A stretch of DNA of 64,000 nucleotides from a virus: the IMG/VR virus record IMGVR_UViG_3300022074_000004; one strand, given 5' to 3'. The position numbers were made by a program, and so were the translations under genes. A model generated the notes under the pieces. It was not told the origin of the DNA, did not search any database, and was given only the letters and a program-made list of their open reading frames with translations. Numbering within the stretch: position 1 is the stretch's first letter; each line of letters starts with the position of its first letter. Positions 35,095 through 46,475 of the stretch are shown one piece after another.

Positions 35095-36846
35095 ATGGAA
35101 AAAAAGTTATATGTTGTAACACTATACAATCGCGAAGATCTAGAAGATTTTTACGCGGAAATGGAAGAGAGTGGGTATAAAAGAGAATTGAAGAGACCTC
35201 TGAGCAGAAACACTAATTATTTTTTAGATCCATATCAGGTAACAAAACTTAAAGAAGACCCTAGAGTATGGGATGTTGCCCTTGTAGAAGATTTTGAGTT
35301 TAAAGAAGACGGTTTTGTAAATAGAGTTCCATACAACGTCGATGTTGACGCAAATTCTGGAACTTTTTATAAAGGATCTGGGCTTACACTTACAAGTCAA
35401 AGTTGGGCAATACCACATTGTGCCGGTCCAACTACTGGAAAAGGTGTATATGGTAAAGATGCTACAGGAGCATTAACTGGAGATGTTACTGTTTTTGGTG
35501 ATGGTAGGCATGTTGATATAGTTGTTGGAGATAGTCCAATCGCATATGATTCGGAGGAATGGTATAGTCTTGATGGTTCAACAAATAGATTTGTTCAATA
35601 CCAATGGTTTGATGAACTAAATCAATATCTAGATGACTTTGACACAACTTGGGATCAGGCCAGTTTAAACTTAATATTTTCAGATAATCAATATGGTGGA
35701 TCTGGAACTATTGAGTACTACACACTAGCGGAGCAGATTGCAAATTCCATCAATGATCACGGGTATAGTATGGCATCGATCGCTGCTGGAAAAATCTATG
35801 GCTGGGCAAAAGAATCAAACATTTATAGTTTAGTTTGTATTGGAACTTACAAAAGTGGTCAATATATAAGAAATGATCTATTAATGGATTATCTACGTGC
35901 TTTTCACAGATATAAACCAATAAACCCCGAGACTGGGAAACAAAATCCAACTGTTTTTAATGCAAGTTTTAGCACTTCGACGCCAACAGCAAAAAGAGTT
36001 GATGCTAACGGAAATGTGACTTATGATTTAGAGCTTTCTGATATAGTGGCAATTCTTTCGGGGCCAGATGTATCAAATATAACAAACTATAATGCAGGAA
36101 ATCCGGGACCATCTGGTTGGACAGAAGCTGGACTTGCAGCAGATTTTGGAATAACCTTTGGTGTTGATAGTTATCCATTGTATAGTACATCATTAGTTGC
36201 TGATTTAGAGGATGCAATAGATGATGGAATAATTGTTTGCACATCAGCCGGAAATACTGATTTAAAAATTGATAAGGAGACAGGAAGTGATTGGAATAAT
36301 CATATTGCAATTCTAGATTCAGACGAAGCACAAGGTTATAGACTATTTCCATACAATAAAGGTTCTTTCCCAGCTTCTCCAGAGACATCAGTAACCATTG
36401 TAGGTGCTATTGGTGCAAACTCTGATCTTGGGATATGGGATGACTCAAATTATGGACCAGGAGTTGGTGTATATGCTCCAGGAGAATTAATAATATGTGG
36501 GGTAGCACGATCAGCAGCTTCATTTGAAAATGCAGCATCATATTCTTCTGGTGGTCATTATTTCTATGTAAGTACTGGAACGAGTGCTGCAACTCCACAA
36601 GTTTCGGGAGCGGCAGCATTGCTTGCATCTGGTTCATATAGATTTACTCAAGACGATCTGAATGCATATTTAGAAAACCATAGTATATACGATCTATTGA
36701 CTATACCAACATCAAAGGATGGCAGTGAGAACAAGATGCTACACATAGAAAACCCAAGGAATGAATCTGGATATATTGATAACAGTGTAGGGATAAGAGG
36801 TGATAGTGGATCTGTTTATCCTCGCAAAGATACACTTTTTGGTTAA
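35095..36846 (+). CDS. S8 subtilisin-like peptidase
   Basis: VDIVVGD, DHG, SAGN oxyanion, GTSAATPQVSGAAAL. Confidence 0.85.
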   Translation: MEKKLYVVTLYNREDLEDFYAEMEESGYKRELKRPLSRNTNYFLDPYQVTKLKEDPRVWDVALVEDFEFKEDGFVNRVPYNVDVDANSGTFYKGSGLTLTSQSWAIPHCAGPTTGKGVYGKDATGALTGDVTVFGDGRHVDIVVGDSPIAYDSEEWYSLDGSTNRFVQYQWFDELNQYLDDFDTTWDQASLNLIFSDNQYGGSGTIEYYTLAEQIANSINDHGYSMASIAAGKIYGWAKESNIYSLVCIGTYKSGQYIRNDLLMDYLRAFHRYKPINPETGKQNPTVFNASFSTSTPTAKRVDANGNVTYDLELSDIVAILSGPDVSNITNYNAGNPGPSGWTEAGLAADFGITFGVDSYPLYSTSLVADLEDAIDDGIIVCTSAGNTDLKIDKETGSDWNNHIAILDSDEAQGYRLFPYNKGSFPASPETSVTIVGAIGANSDLGIWDDSNYGPGVGVYAPGELIICGVARSAASFENAASYSSGGHYFYVSTGTSAATPQVSGAAALLASGSYRFTQDDLNAYLENHSIYDLLTIPTSKDGSENKMLHIENPRNESGYIDNSVGIRGDSGSVYPRKDTLFG

Positions 36847-36856
36847 TAAATAAATA
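36846..36856 (+). promoter_or_regulatory. late promoter (tandem)
   Basis: ATAAATAAATA. Confidence 0.65.
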
Positions 36857-36870
36857 AAAACCTTTGTGTA

Positions 36871-38424
36871 ATGGCAGCAATAATCACGGACCAAATTAGA
36901 ATTTTAAATGCAAAGAATTTTGTCAATGAAGTAAAGTCTTCTAACAATTCTTATTACTCATTTATTGGTCTCCCAAACTCAACAGAATATCAATCTGATT
37001 GGAATGTAAGCCCGCCTTCACCAAAAGATAATTTTGATGAAGAGAATAATTATTGGGATACAATGATTGCAATGAAGAGGATAAGCTCTTCCGATATAAG
37101 GAGAGTTGTTGTAAGAAGGCCATGGAACTCTGGTACAACTTATGACATGTATAGACATGATTATAACAGATCAAATACTGCAAAAATATCTGGAGCCACT
37201 AATTTATACAACTCATCTTTTTATGTTGTAAACAGTGAATATAAAGTATATATTTGTCTGCAAAATGGAACTACGCCGGATAACCCAAGCGGAAAGCCAT
37301 CATTGGATGAGCCACTTTTCACGGATCTAGAACCTAGAGCTGCTGGAAGTAGTGGAGATGGATATATTTGGAAATATTTGTATACAATTAAGCCAAATGA
37401 TATTATAAAATTTGAATCGACAGATTTTATTCCTGTCCCAGAAGACTGGGAAAGCGGACCAGATAATGACTCTGTGCGAAATAATGCTGTAAATGGATCT
37501 ATTAAGACTGTAGTTATACTCAATAGAGGGGAAGGGATTGGTCCTATTGGAGGAACCGAATTTACCAGGGTTCCGATATCTGGTGATGGTACAGGAGCAG
37601 AGTGTACTATTATAACAAATAATGATAGAAAAGTTGAGTCAATAACAATTTCAAATCAAGGGCAGAATTATACATACGGAACTGTAGATTTAAGTGCAGG
37701 ATCTGTTCCAGATGGAACTGTTACACCAGTATTTGATGTAATAATGTCACCACAGGGTGGACATGGTGCAGACATTTATAAAGAGTTGGGAGCATATAAT
37801 GTATTACTCTATTCTAGAATAGAGAATGATCAATCAAACCCAGATTTTATTTCCGGGAATCAAATTTCTAGAGTTGGCATCGTAGCAAATCCGAGACAAA
37901 CTGATAATACTATCTTAACCTTAGATAAAGCCAGTGCTGTTTATGCATTGAAATTGACTGGGGTTGGTTTTGATACTGCATCCTTTACTCCAAATTCAAC
38001 TATTACACAAACTGTAGGAACAAATAAGACTGCTGTTGGTAGAGTTATTAGTTATGATCAAGTTACAGGAGTCTTGAAGTATTGGCAAGATAGAACCTCT
38101 CATGGATTTACGGTTTCTGGTGATGCTGTAGCCAATCCACAGTATGGGTTGGAATTATTAGAATTTACAAATACCCCAGAATCTGGAGGTAGTTTAACTA
38201 TTGTTCCATCATCTGGTCAAAGTTTGGATATTGATACCAATTTTTCGGGTATTTCTACCACAATAAATAATAGAACTTACTATCTTGGTCAAGAATTTTT
38301 TGGCGGTTTATCTCTCCCAGAGGTTAAAAAATATTCTGGAGATATAATTTACGTAGATAATAGGCCATCTATTACTAGATCGCAAAATCAAAAAGAAGAT
38401 ATAAAGGTCATCTTGCAATTCTAA
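36871..38424 (+). CDS. gp8: baseplate wedge subunit
   Basis: AIITDQIR, VYICLQN, DGYIWKYLYTI, YVDNRPSITR...QKEDIKVILQF. Confidence 0.95.
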   Translation: MAAIITDQIRILNAKNFVNEVKSSNNSYYSFIGLPNSTEYQSDWNVSPPSPKDNFDEENNYWDTMIAMKRISSSDIRRVVVRRPWNSGTTYDMYRHDYNRSNTAKISGATNLYNSSFYVVNSEYKVYICLQNGTTPDNPSGKPSLDEPLFTDLEPRAAGSSGDGYIWKYLYTIKPNDIIKFESTDFIPVPEDWESGPDNDSVRNNAVNGSIKTVVILNRGEGIGPIGGTEFTRVPISGDGTGAECTIITNNDRKVESITISNQGQNYTYGTVDLSAGSVPDGTVTPVFDVIMSPQGGHGADIYKELGAYNVLLYSRIENDQSNPDFISGNQISRVGIVANPRQTDNTILTLDKASAVYALKLTGVGFDTASFTPNSTITQTVGTNKTAVGRVISYDQVTGVLKYWQDRTSHGFTVSGDAVANPQYGLELLEFTNTPESGGSLTIVPSSGQSLDIDTNFSGISTTINNRTYYLGQEFFGGLSLPEVKKYSGDIIYVDNRPSITRSQNQKEDIKVILQF

Positions 38425-38430
38425 AGGATT

Positions 38431-41400
38431 ATGCCACAGCAAACCAATCTCAACGTAGAGCCTTACTTTGACGATTTTAATTCTCTTAATGACTATCATC
38501 GGGTTCTATTTAAACCAGGATATCCTGTTCAAGCTAGAGAGCTAACAACTCTTCAGTCAATAATGCAAGATCAGATTGAAAAATTTGGTCAGCATTTTTT
38601 CAAGGAAGGATCCAAAGTTATTCCGGGAAATACTGGATACTCTCAATTATATTACTGTGTGCAGATAAATGCGACATACTTGGGCGTTCCAGTTTCTGCG
38701 TACATTGATCAGGTTGTTGGATCTAGAATAACTGGATTGACATCAGGAGTTTCTGCTTATGTTGATTTTGTATTGCCTGCTGATCAATCTGAAAGAGGAT
38801 TATTGACATTATACGTCAATTATTTAAGCTCAAGCACCCAAAATAACTCAACTCAAACATTCTCAGACGGAGAAGAGTTAGTTTCTGATGATGTACTAAC
38901 ATCAACTCTTTTTGCAAATCCATTTGTGCAACAAGGATCTCCATTCGCCACAACAATTTCGAATGGTGCTGCAGCAACTGGTTCAGTATTCCAAATAGAA
39001 AGTGGTGTTTACTTCGTAAGAGGAAACTTTGTAGCAGTAGATAAGGAATATTTAATTTTAGATCAATATTCAGATAGACCAAACTATAGAGTAGGACTAT
39101 TAATCAGTGAAGAAATTGTTACTGCTGATATTGATGAGTCTCTCAATGACAATTCTCAAGGATTTAATAACTACTCATCTCCTGGAGCAGACAGATTAAA
39201 AATTACTGCAAGTTTATTTAAGAAAGGATTAGATGATCTAGATGACACTAATTTTATTGAGCTTGCAATAGTAGAAAATGGAATTTTAAAAGTAAATAGT
39301 AATATATCCACATCAGGAACTGGAATTAGGGATGGAATATCTGATGCGGTTGCAAATAGAAGCTTTATTCAATCTGGCAATTTTTATACAAAACCGTTTG
39401 AAGTTAGCGTAGAAGATTCTCTTGATAACAAAATAGGAAATAGAGGATTATTTGATGTAGACCAATTCACTCCAAGTGGTGGTTCTCCATCAGAAGACTT
39501 GGCAATATATAAAGTTTCTCCAGGAAAAGCTATAGTTAGGGGATTTGAAGTTGAAACGACATCACCAGTGATGATTGATGTGCAGAAGCCAAGAGTTAGC
39601 AAATCTCTAACAGATCAATTGATTTCCTTTAATACTGGAAGCACTTTAATTATTAAAAAATTATATGGACTGCCAACCATAGGAATTGGAAATGGATATC
39701 ACGTAAGTTTGAGGAATGCTGTAGTTGCTTCTTCTACAGGTGAAGCTGGAATGGAGATTGGTGTTGCGAGAGTTTACGATTTTAGATTAACATCAAGTAC
39801 ATATAATGCCAATTCTGATGATAATGAGTGGGGTATTTCTCTTTATGATATTGATATATTTTCAACTGTAACTTTAAGCTCGTCAGTAACTTATGACACT
39901 CCAACATTTATAAGGGGTAGTAATAGTGGAGCAACTGCATTTTTAAGAGATAGTGTATCTTCCAGTAGCTCTATAACTGTATATGGTATAAAAGGAACTT
40001 TTGAAGATGGTGAAAAACTGTATTTTGATGGTCTAGAAAGTGATATAACTATATCATCAATAACAAATTATGGATTGTCAGAAGTAAAATCATTGCTTTC
40101 AAAAGATGGAGCTACTGTTGATTTTAGTTGTGATTTGGTCAAAGTAAGTGACTCATCAGAAGATTCTTTATACACAGAGTTGACAAAGAAAAATATTTCT
40201 TCGGTAAATTTAGAAGATTCATCCATTACAATTAGAAAAACATATACAGTAAATATCACAAATAATACTGTAGAGACAAATACAACACCTACTGCAGGTA
40301 CTAATGAAGTATTTTTGCAGTTCAACCCAGAGAGATATTCCTTAGTTAGATCTGATGGGACTACAGAGCAATTAGATTTTTCAAAATTACAGCTTTCTTT
40401 AGACTCAAAGTCTCTTATTTTCTCTAATTTAGGATCTGATGATGTAGGAGCTACTCTTATTGCGACATTAGAAAAGACTGCTCCGACTTCAAAAGCAAAG
40501 ATACTGAATAGAGTTGATTCGATTGTCATTGATAAGACAAAGTTATCTCATGCTCCAAATAACTTAGATTACAATACATATCCATTTGGAACCAGAGTAG
40601 AAGATGAAATTATATCCTTAAATAAACCAGATATCGTAGAGATACATGGCGTATTTGAATCTGCATCAAGTACGGTTAATGCATCTTGTCCAATGATTTC
40701 ACTTATAACATTGAGTACTCAGTCTTCAACAACAAGCGAACTGATAGCTGGAGAAACTATAGTAGGACAAATTAGCGGAGCTGTTGCAATTCTTGCGGAA
40801 AAACTTACCAATCCCACAGACATTTCTATTTTATATAAAAATGATACAAAGTTTAGAATTGGAGAACAAGTAATCTTCTCTGATTCAGACCACACAGCAG
40901 TAGTCAATAATGTAGTCGCTGAAAGTTTTGATATATCTTCAAATTACACATACTCAAGTGGTCAGGAAAAAACATTCTATAATTATGGAACTATAAAGAG
41001 AAAAACAGATGCTAATTCCCCAAGCAAGAGGTTAAAAATTTATTACTCAGTTGGTTACCATGATTCCACAGATGATGGTGATATTACCACTGTAAATTCA
41101 TACCAAACTTTTAATTATGGGTCAGAAATTCCATCTATCGATGGAATTAGAAACACAGATATTATCGATATCAGACCTAGAGTATCTGATTTTACTTATG
41201 ACGAAACATCAGAACGCTCTCCACTAGAATTTTTTGGAAGAAGCTTTTCTCAGCAAGGAAATACTGCAAAAAATATTTTAGCATCAGGAGAGCAAATTTC
41301 TATTGACTTGGCTTACTACAGAGGAAGAATAGATAGCATTTTCCTGACAAAAACGGGGAAGATGCAGGTTAAGTATGGAGTTCCTTCTGACAATCCAGAA

Positions 41401-44400
41401 AGACCAGATCAAGTAGATGGTACTTTAGAAATTGCTACTATCAATATGCCCCCGTATCTTTATGATACAGAGGATAGCTCAATTACTATCTCTGAAAATA
41501 AGAGATACACTATGAGTGACATAAAGAAATTAGAAGATAGAATTGAGAGCCTAGAAAAGTACACAACATTATCAGTACTAGAAACAAAAGCAGCAAATTT
41601 GTTTGTAGAAGACTCTACTGGTCAAGACAGATTTAAATCTGGCTTCTTTGTTGATGACTTTACAACATTTAAATCCCAAGACGATTCCATTCCAATCAAC
41701 AACAGCATTGACGAAAGTTGTAACGAATTGAGGCCAAGCCACTATACAACATCAGTTGATTTTATTCCAGGACCTGTGACTGGAATAGCCCCAGGAGAAG
41801 ATTTATCACTATCCGAGATAGAGGGAGTTAATATTAAGAGAGAGAATAATATAGTAACTTTAGATTATTCTGACGTTGAATGGCTTTCTCAAATGTTTGC
41901 TACAAGGACTGAGAGTGTTACCCCATTTATAACCAATTTCTGGCAGGGATTTGTAGATATTACTCCGAGCTCAAGTTCTTGGGTTGATATTAGAAAAAAT
42001 GGAAGTGTAGATACCCAAGATGGATTTGAGCCAAATATTTGGAATTCTTGGCAAAAGAATTGGATTGGAGTAAGTCAAAATTATTCATTGAATGAATACT
42101 CTGCAGCAAAATATAAAAATTCATCAATAACTCAAGAAGAAGGGAAAGCGACAGTTGGAATCAATAATCATGTCAATACTTTAAAGCCAAATCCTGGTTC
42201 TGGTCATAGAGTTCAAGATAAGATTATTAAAAAAATAAGTTTGAGTACAAAATCAAAAAATATTCACTTCGAGGCAAAAAACATAAAGCCAGGAACAAGA
42301 ATGTATGCATTCTTTGATGGTAAAGATGTCAGTAAGTATTGTGTTCCAAAAATGTTGGAAATATCGATGCTAAATGGTACGTTTGAGGTTGGAGAAACTG
42401 TTGATGGTATTATGATTTCAAATGGCTTAGATCAGAAAACAAGTGAATCTGCTCGTATTTCATTTAGAGTCGCAAAAGCAAATCACAAAGAAGGTCCATA
42501 CAATGCTCCAACCAAATTGTATGCAGAGGATCCATATAATGTCAGAATCATCCCTGATAACTATTCTTCAACGTCAACAATACTGAATGTAGATACAGTT
42601 TCACTATCAAATTATGCTGAAGTTGGATATCATGGATGGGTGGAAGTTGGTATGCTTCTCACAGGAAGAGATAGTGGAGCACAAGCAACTATATTAAGCA
42701 CATCATTGGTATCAGATGCCACTACCTGTCTCACAGGCAGCTTCTATATTCCAGATTCATCAAGATCTATAAATCCAAAATTCGAATCAGGAGAGAAGGT
42801 ATTTACTCTAAACAGTGATGAAGATAATGATGAAAATATATCAACATCTGTTGCAGAAACATCATATTTCTCTTCCGGTATTCTAGAAACTGTATATGAT
42901 GATATGGTATCTATTAGAAATCCAATATCTCAAAATAGACACGAATTTATTGAAAGTCTTGTCAGAAATGGAATTGATACTGAGGTTACATCTGGTGCTT
43001 CAAATAAAACATCACTTGAAAATACTGTCGCCTGGTGTGATCCACTTGCACAAGTATTTAAAGTTGAAGATGATCATGGAATATTTGCAACAAGATGTGA
43101 TGTTTACTTCAGAACAAAGGATGTTACTGGAATACCAGTTGAAATTCAAATAAGACCGATGAAGAATGGTGTTCCATCTGATAAAATTGTTCCTGGATCA
43201 AGGATTGCACTAAATCCTGCAGAAATACAAACATCTTCTGATGGTTCATTAGCAACAACATTTGAGTTTGGTTCTCCAGTGTACTTAGAAGGTTCAAATA
43301 CAGAGTATGCAGTCTGCTTGAAGTCAAGTTCAACTAAGTATTCCGTATATATTTCAAAAATAGGTGAGTTTGATATCCTTTCAGATTCATACATATCAAA
43401 TCTCTCATATCTTGGCCCATTATTTAAATCACAAAATACTTCTAGTTGGGAGCCAAGTTTACTGGAAAATCTCAAGTTCTCTATCTACAGAGCAGATTTC
43501 TTAGAATCCGGATCCGTAGAATTTTATAATAAAGAATTGGCATCATCTAAACTAATGCCAGATTCTCTGTCATTTAGTTCTAGAAAAATAAAAGTAACAT
43601 TAACAGCTGCCATAACTGCCCTATCACCAGGAACTGTTCTGACACAAGATAATACAAATGCAACAGCAATTGTAACTAAATCAACAACAACTGAGTTAAC
43701 ACTCGACAATGTTCAGGGAGAATTTTTACAGAATAATACGGATAAACTAATATACACTCCTGTAGGTGGATCTGCTACTGATTTAGTAGATGGATCAAGT
43801 AATTTAGTTTATCCAAGTGCAATCAATATTACAGGTGATGGATTGCATGTAAAGATCAATCATAAAAATCATGGAATGCACTCAACGAATAATAAAGTTA
43901 AATTATCAAAGGTTAGCTCTGATATAAAAGCAACCAAATTGAGTGTTCTTTATCCTACAGGATCTACAATATCAATATCGCTTGATGATGCATCTGAATT
44001 TTCAACTTTTGAAAATGTTCCTGTAGGGACAAATAATACTGGCTTCATAATAATTGAGGATGAAATAATTGAATACACTGGTGTAACCGGAAATCAACTT
44101 ACTGGTATCACTAGAGGAATTGATAATACCTCTTCCAGAACATATCCTTTTGGAACTCCAGTTTATAAGTATGAAGTAAATGGAATAAATTTGAGAAGAA
44201 TCAATAAAACTCATGATATTGCTATTTCGGAAACAACACCAGTAACATTTGATTCTTATTATATTAAATTGGATATGTCCGAAGTGTTCAATTCAAATAA
44301 TGATCCTAGAGATGATGATCTCATATCAGCTAAGTTGTTTGCAAAGGAGACAAAAACTTGTGGGGGATATTTGGCTGAGGCTGCATACAATATCCCATTT

Positions 44401-45132
44401 GAAATAATAACTCCAAATATTCACAACTTGACAGTTGATGGAACAAATATATCTGCTCAAATAAGAACTACTACAGGCCAATCTTTGAGTGATGAAGAAG
44501 TGCCGTTCCTGAATACTGGATTTGAAGAGGTATCAATAAATAAGACAAATTATTTAAATTCTCCAAGAATTATTTGCTCAAAAGTTAATGAAGATGCGAG
44601 AATGTCCGCAAATCCAGGAAGCAAATCAGCAAACCTCAGATTATTCTTAAGCACGACAAATTCAAAACTAAGTCCTGTAATTGATGCAGAAAGAGTAAGT
44701 ATGATACTTACATCAACAAGGATCAATAGTATAATTGAGAATTATGCTACGGATGATAGAGCTAATCAATTGTTCACAGATCCCACTGCATGCCAATATG
44801 TTTCCAAGGAAATGAATATTGAGAGTTCAGCAAAAGCAATCAAGATCCTACTCAATGCAGAATTAACCCAGGGAACAGAAATTCGTGCTTTCTATGCCAC
44901 GAGTCCAAACAAAGGGTTTGATCCAGTATTTACACCATTCCCAGGAAAGGGAAGTGCTAAAGATGGAACCCCAGACAAAACGGTTGCAAAATCTCTTGGA
45001 TATAAAGAATATGAGTTTACAACTCCAGAACTATCTGAATTTAAGTCATATAAGATAAAAATAATCTTAACGTCTAAGAGCCAGGTAAATATCCCAAGAA
45101 TTAGAGATTTAAAAGTAATCGCATTGGCATAA
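38431..45132 (+). CDS. vrlC: VrlC-like (DUF4815) large virion structural protein
   Basis: PYFDDF...VLFKPGYPVQARELTTLQS, RFKSGFFVDDF, DPLAQ. Confidence 0.85.
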   Translation: MPQQTNLNVEPYFDDFNSLNDYHRVLFKPGYPVQARELTTLQSIMQDQIEKFGQHFFKEGSKVIPGNTGYSQLYYCVQINATYLGVPVSAYIDQVVGSRITGLTSGVSAYVDFVLPADQSERGLLTLYVNYLSSSTQNNSTQTFSDGEELVSDDVLTSTLFANPFVQQGSPFATTISNGAAATGSVFQIESGVYFVRGNFVAVDKEYLILDQYSDRPNYRVGLLISEEIVTADIDESLNDNSQGFNNYSSPGADRLKITASLFKKGLDDLDDTNFIELAIVENGILKVNSNISTSGTGIRDGISDAVANRSFIQSGNFYTKPFEVSVEDSLDNKIGNRGLFDVDQFTPSGGSPSEDLAIYKVSPGKAIVRGFEVETTSPVMIDVQKPRVSKSLTDQLISFNTGSTLIIKKLYGLPTIGIGNGYHVSLRNAVVASSTGEAGMEIGVARVYDFRLTSSTYNANSDDNEWGISLYDIDIFSTVTLSSSVTYDTPTFIRGSNSGATAFLRDSVSSSSSITVYGIKGTFEDGEKLYFDGLESDITISSITNYGLSEVKSLLSKDGATVDFSCDLVKVSDSSEDSLYTELTKKNISSVNLEDSSITIRKTYTVNITNNTVETNTTPTAGTNEVFLQFNPERYSLVRSDGTTEQLDFSKLQLSLDSKSLIFSNLGSDDVGATLIATLEKTAPTSKAKILNRVDSIVIDKTKLSHAPNNLDYNTYPFGTRVEDEIISLNKPDIVEIHGVFESASSTVNASCPMISLITLSTQSSTTSELIAGETIVGQISGAVAILAEKLTNPTDISILYKNDTKFRIGEQVIFSDSDHTAVVNNVVAESFDISSNYTYSSGQEKTFYNYGTIKRKTDANSPSKRLKIYYSVGYHDSTDDGDITTVNSYQTFNYGSEIPSIDGIRNTDIIDIRPRVSDFTYDETSERSPLEFFGRSFSQQGNTAKNILASGEQISIDLAYYRGRIDSIFLTKTGKMQVKYGVPSDNPERPDQVDGTLEIATINMPPYLYDTEDSSITISENKRYTMSDIKKLEDRIESLEKYTTLSVLETKAANLFVEDSTGQDRFKSGFFVDDFTTFKSQDDSIPINNSIDESCNELRPSHYTTSVDFIPGPVTGIAPGEDLSLSEIEGVNIKRENNIVTLDYSDVEWLSQMFATRTESVTPFITNFWQGFVDITPSSSSWVDIRKNGSVDTQDGFEPNIWNSWQKNWIGVSQNYSLNEYSAAKYKNSSITQEEGKATVGINNHVNTLKPNPGSGHRVQDKIIKKISLSTKSKNIHFEAKNIKPGTRMYAFFDGKDVSKYCVPKMLEISMLNGTFEVGETVDGIMISNGLDQKTSESARISFRVAKANHKEGPYNAPTKLYAEDPYNVRIIPDNYSSTSTILNVDTVSLSNYAEVGYHGWVEVGMLLTGRDSGAQATILSTSLVSDATTCLTGSFYIPDSSRSINPKFESGEKVFTLNSDEDNDENISTSVAETSYFSSGILETVYDDMVSIRNPISQNRHEFIESLVRNGIDTEVTSGASNKTSLENTVAWCDPLAQVFKVEDDHGIFATRCDVYFRTKDVTGIPVEIQIRPMKNGVPSDKIVPGSRIALNPAEIQTSSDGSLATTFEFGSPVYLEGSNTEYAVCLKSSSTKYSVYISKIGEFDILSDSYISNLSYLGPLFKSQNTSSWEPSLLENLKFSIYRADFLESGSVEFYNKELASSKLMPDSLSFSSRKIKVTLTAAITALSPGTVLTQDNTNATAIVTKSTTTELTLDNVQGEFLQNNTDKLIYTPVGGSATDLVDGSSNLVYPSAINITGDGLHVKINHKNHGMHSTNNKVKLSKVSSDIKATKLSVLYPTGSTISISLDDASEFSTFENVPVGTNNTGFIIIEDEIIEYTGVTGNQLTGITRGIDNTSSRTYPFGTPVYKYEVNGINLRRINKTHDIAISETTPVTFDSYYIKLDMSEVFNSNNDPRDDDLISAKLFAKETKTCGGYLAEAAYNIPFEIITPNIHNLTVDGTNISAQIRTTTGQSLSDEEVPFLNTGFEEVSINKTNYLNSPRIICSKVNEDARMSANPGSKSANLRLFLSTTNSKLSPVIDAERVSMILTSTRINSIIENYATDDRANQLFTDPTACQYVSKEMNIESSAKAIKILLNAELTQGTEIRAFYATSPNKGFDPVFTPFPGKGSAKDGTPDKTVAKSLGYKEYEFTTPELSEFKSYKIKIILTSKSQVNIPRIRDLKVIALA

Positions 45133-45133
45133 T

Positions 45134-45331
45134 ATGGAATACAAAAGAGATGATTCTACAAATTCTATATCAAATACAGATACAAACAAATATGAGGAAT
45201 ATGTATCAAGAAGAAATTCTAAGATAAAACATAATAAAAAAGTTGATTCTATGAGAGTTGATTTGGACAATATGAAAGATGAAATTAGTGAAATTAAAAT
45301 GATGTTAAAAAAACTCACTGATGGAATATGA
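45134..45331 (+). CDS. small coiled-coil (chaperone-like) protein
   Basis: C-terminal DEISEIKMMLKKL; follows the VrlC-like gene. Confidence 0.75.
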   Translation: MEYKRDDSTNSISNTDTNKYEEYVSRRNSKIKHNKKVDSMRVDLDNMKDEISEIKMMLKKLTDGI

Positions 45332-45587
45332 TGAGCTTATACTGACTGGAAACATGTTAAATTTTGAACAGCTAAAAGAAAAGTGCCTTGAAAATCCACC
45401 AAGACACCCACAGTTTAAAAACTTAATACCATATATTGAAGAATGTGATGATATTGAGGAAATGAGAAAAATGGCATTATCTTGGTGTTGGTCTGTCTAT
45501 CACCAAGAAGATGCTAAAAGAGACATGTATAATACTATAAGATATATGGAAACAGGAACTTGTGATGGTGATGGTGGGGTTTTATGA
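45321..45587 (+). CDS. hypothetical protein, possibly NblA-like
   Basis: helix-turn-helix-like pattern IEECDDIEEMRKMA...YHQEDAKRDM. Confidence 0.6.
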   Translation: MEYDELILTGNMLNFEQLKEKCLENPPRHPQFKNLIPYIEECDDIEEMRKMALSWCWSVYHQEDAKRDMYNTIRYMETGTCDGDGGVL

Positions 45588-45593
45588 ATAATG

Positions 45594-45600
45594 ATAAATA
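45594..45600 (+). promoter_or_regulatory. late promoter
   Basis: ATAAATA. Confidence 0.65.
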
Positions 45601-45625
45601 CTTTCAATAGGTCTATTAGAAGTAA

Positions 45626-46474
45626 ATGTCAAAGCCATCAAGTAGGTCTGAATTAGTAAATTATTGTAAAAGACAATTAGGTGCTCCAGTACTAGAAATT
45701 AATGTTGCCGAAGAGCAACTAGATGATCTTGTAGATGACGCTCTGCAGTATTATCATGAAAGGCATTTTGATGGAGTGGTGCAAACTTACTTAAAGTATA
45801 AAATAACACAAGATGATATTGATAGAGGTAGAGCAAAAGAAAAAGATGGAAATGTAGGTGTAACTACAACGACTGTTAGCTCAGAGATGCCAGGAATGGG
45901 AACTGTAAGTTTTTCCTACAATGAATCTGGTAATTATTTACAAGTTCCATCGTCTGTAATAGGAATAACTAAGATATATCACTTTGATGGTGCAAATACC
46001 ACTACAAATAATATGTTTAGTTTGAAATATCAAATGTTTCTAAATGATCTCTACTATTGGGGGTCTATGGAGATTCTTACATATGCGATGACTAAAACAT
46101 ATTTGGAAGATCTTAACTTCTTATTAACGACTGAAAAGCAAATCAGATTTAATCAGAGAATGGATCGATTGTATATTGATATTGATTGGTCAGCCGTAAA
46201 AGAAGGCGAGTACTTGATTATAGATTGCTATCGTCTTCTTGACCCAAACGAATATACAGATGTATGGAACGATTCTTTTTTAAAAAGATACCTAACGGCA
46301 CTCGTGAAGAGACAGTGGGGGCAGAATCTAATTAAGTTTACTGGAGTAAAACTTCCCGGAGGAGTTGAGTTAAATGGAAGAATGATATACGAAGATGCTC
46401 AGAGAGAAATTGACTATATCCTAGAGGAAATGTCAAGCACATATGAGCTCCCACCACTAGATATGATTGGTTAA
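45626..46474 (+). CDS. gp13: neck protein
   Basis: RQLGAPVLEINV, QWGQNLIKF...LPGG. Confidence 0.95.
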   Translation: MSKPSSRSELVNYCKRQLGAPVLEINVAEEQLDDLVDDALQYYHERHFDGVVQTYLKYKITQDDIDRGRAKEKDGNVGVTTTTVSSEMPGMGTVSFSYNESGNYLQVPSSVIGITKIYHFDGANTTTNNMFSLKYQMFLNDLYYWGSMEILTYAMTKTYLEDLNFLLTTEKQIRFNQRMDRLYIDIDWSAVKEGEYLIIDCYRLLDPNEYTDVWNDSFLKRYLTALVKRQWGQNLIKFTGVKLPGGVELNGRMIYEDAQREIDYILEEMSSTYELPPLDMIG

Positions 46475-46475
46475 T

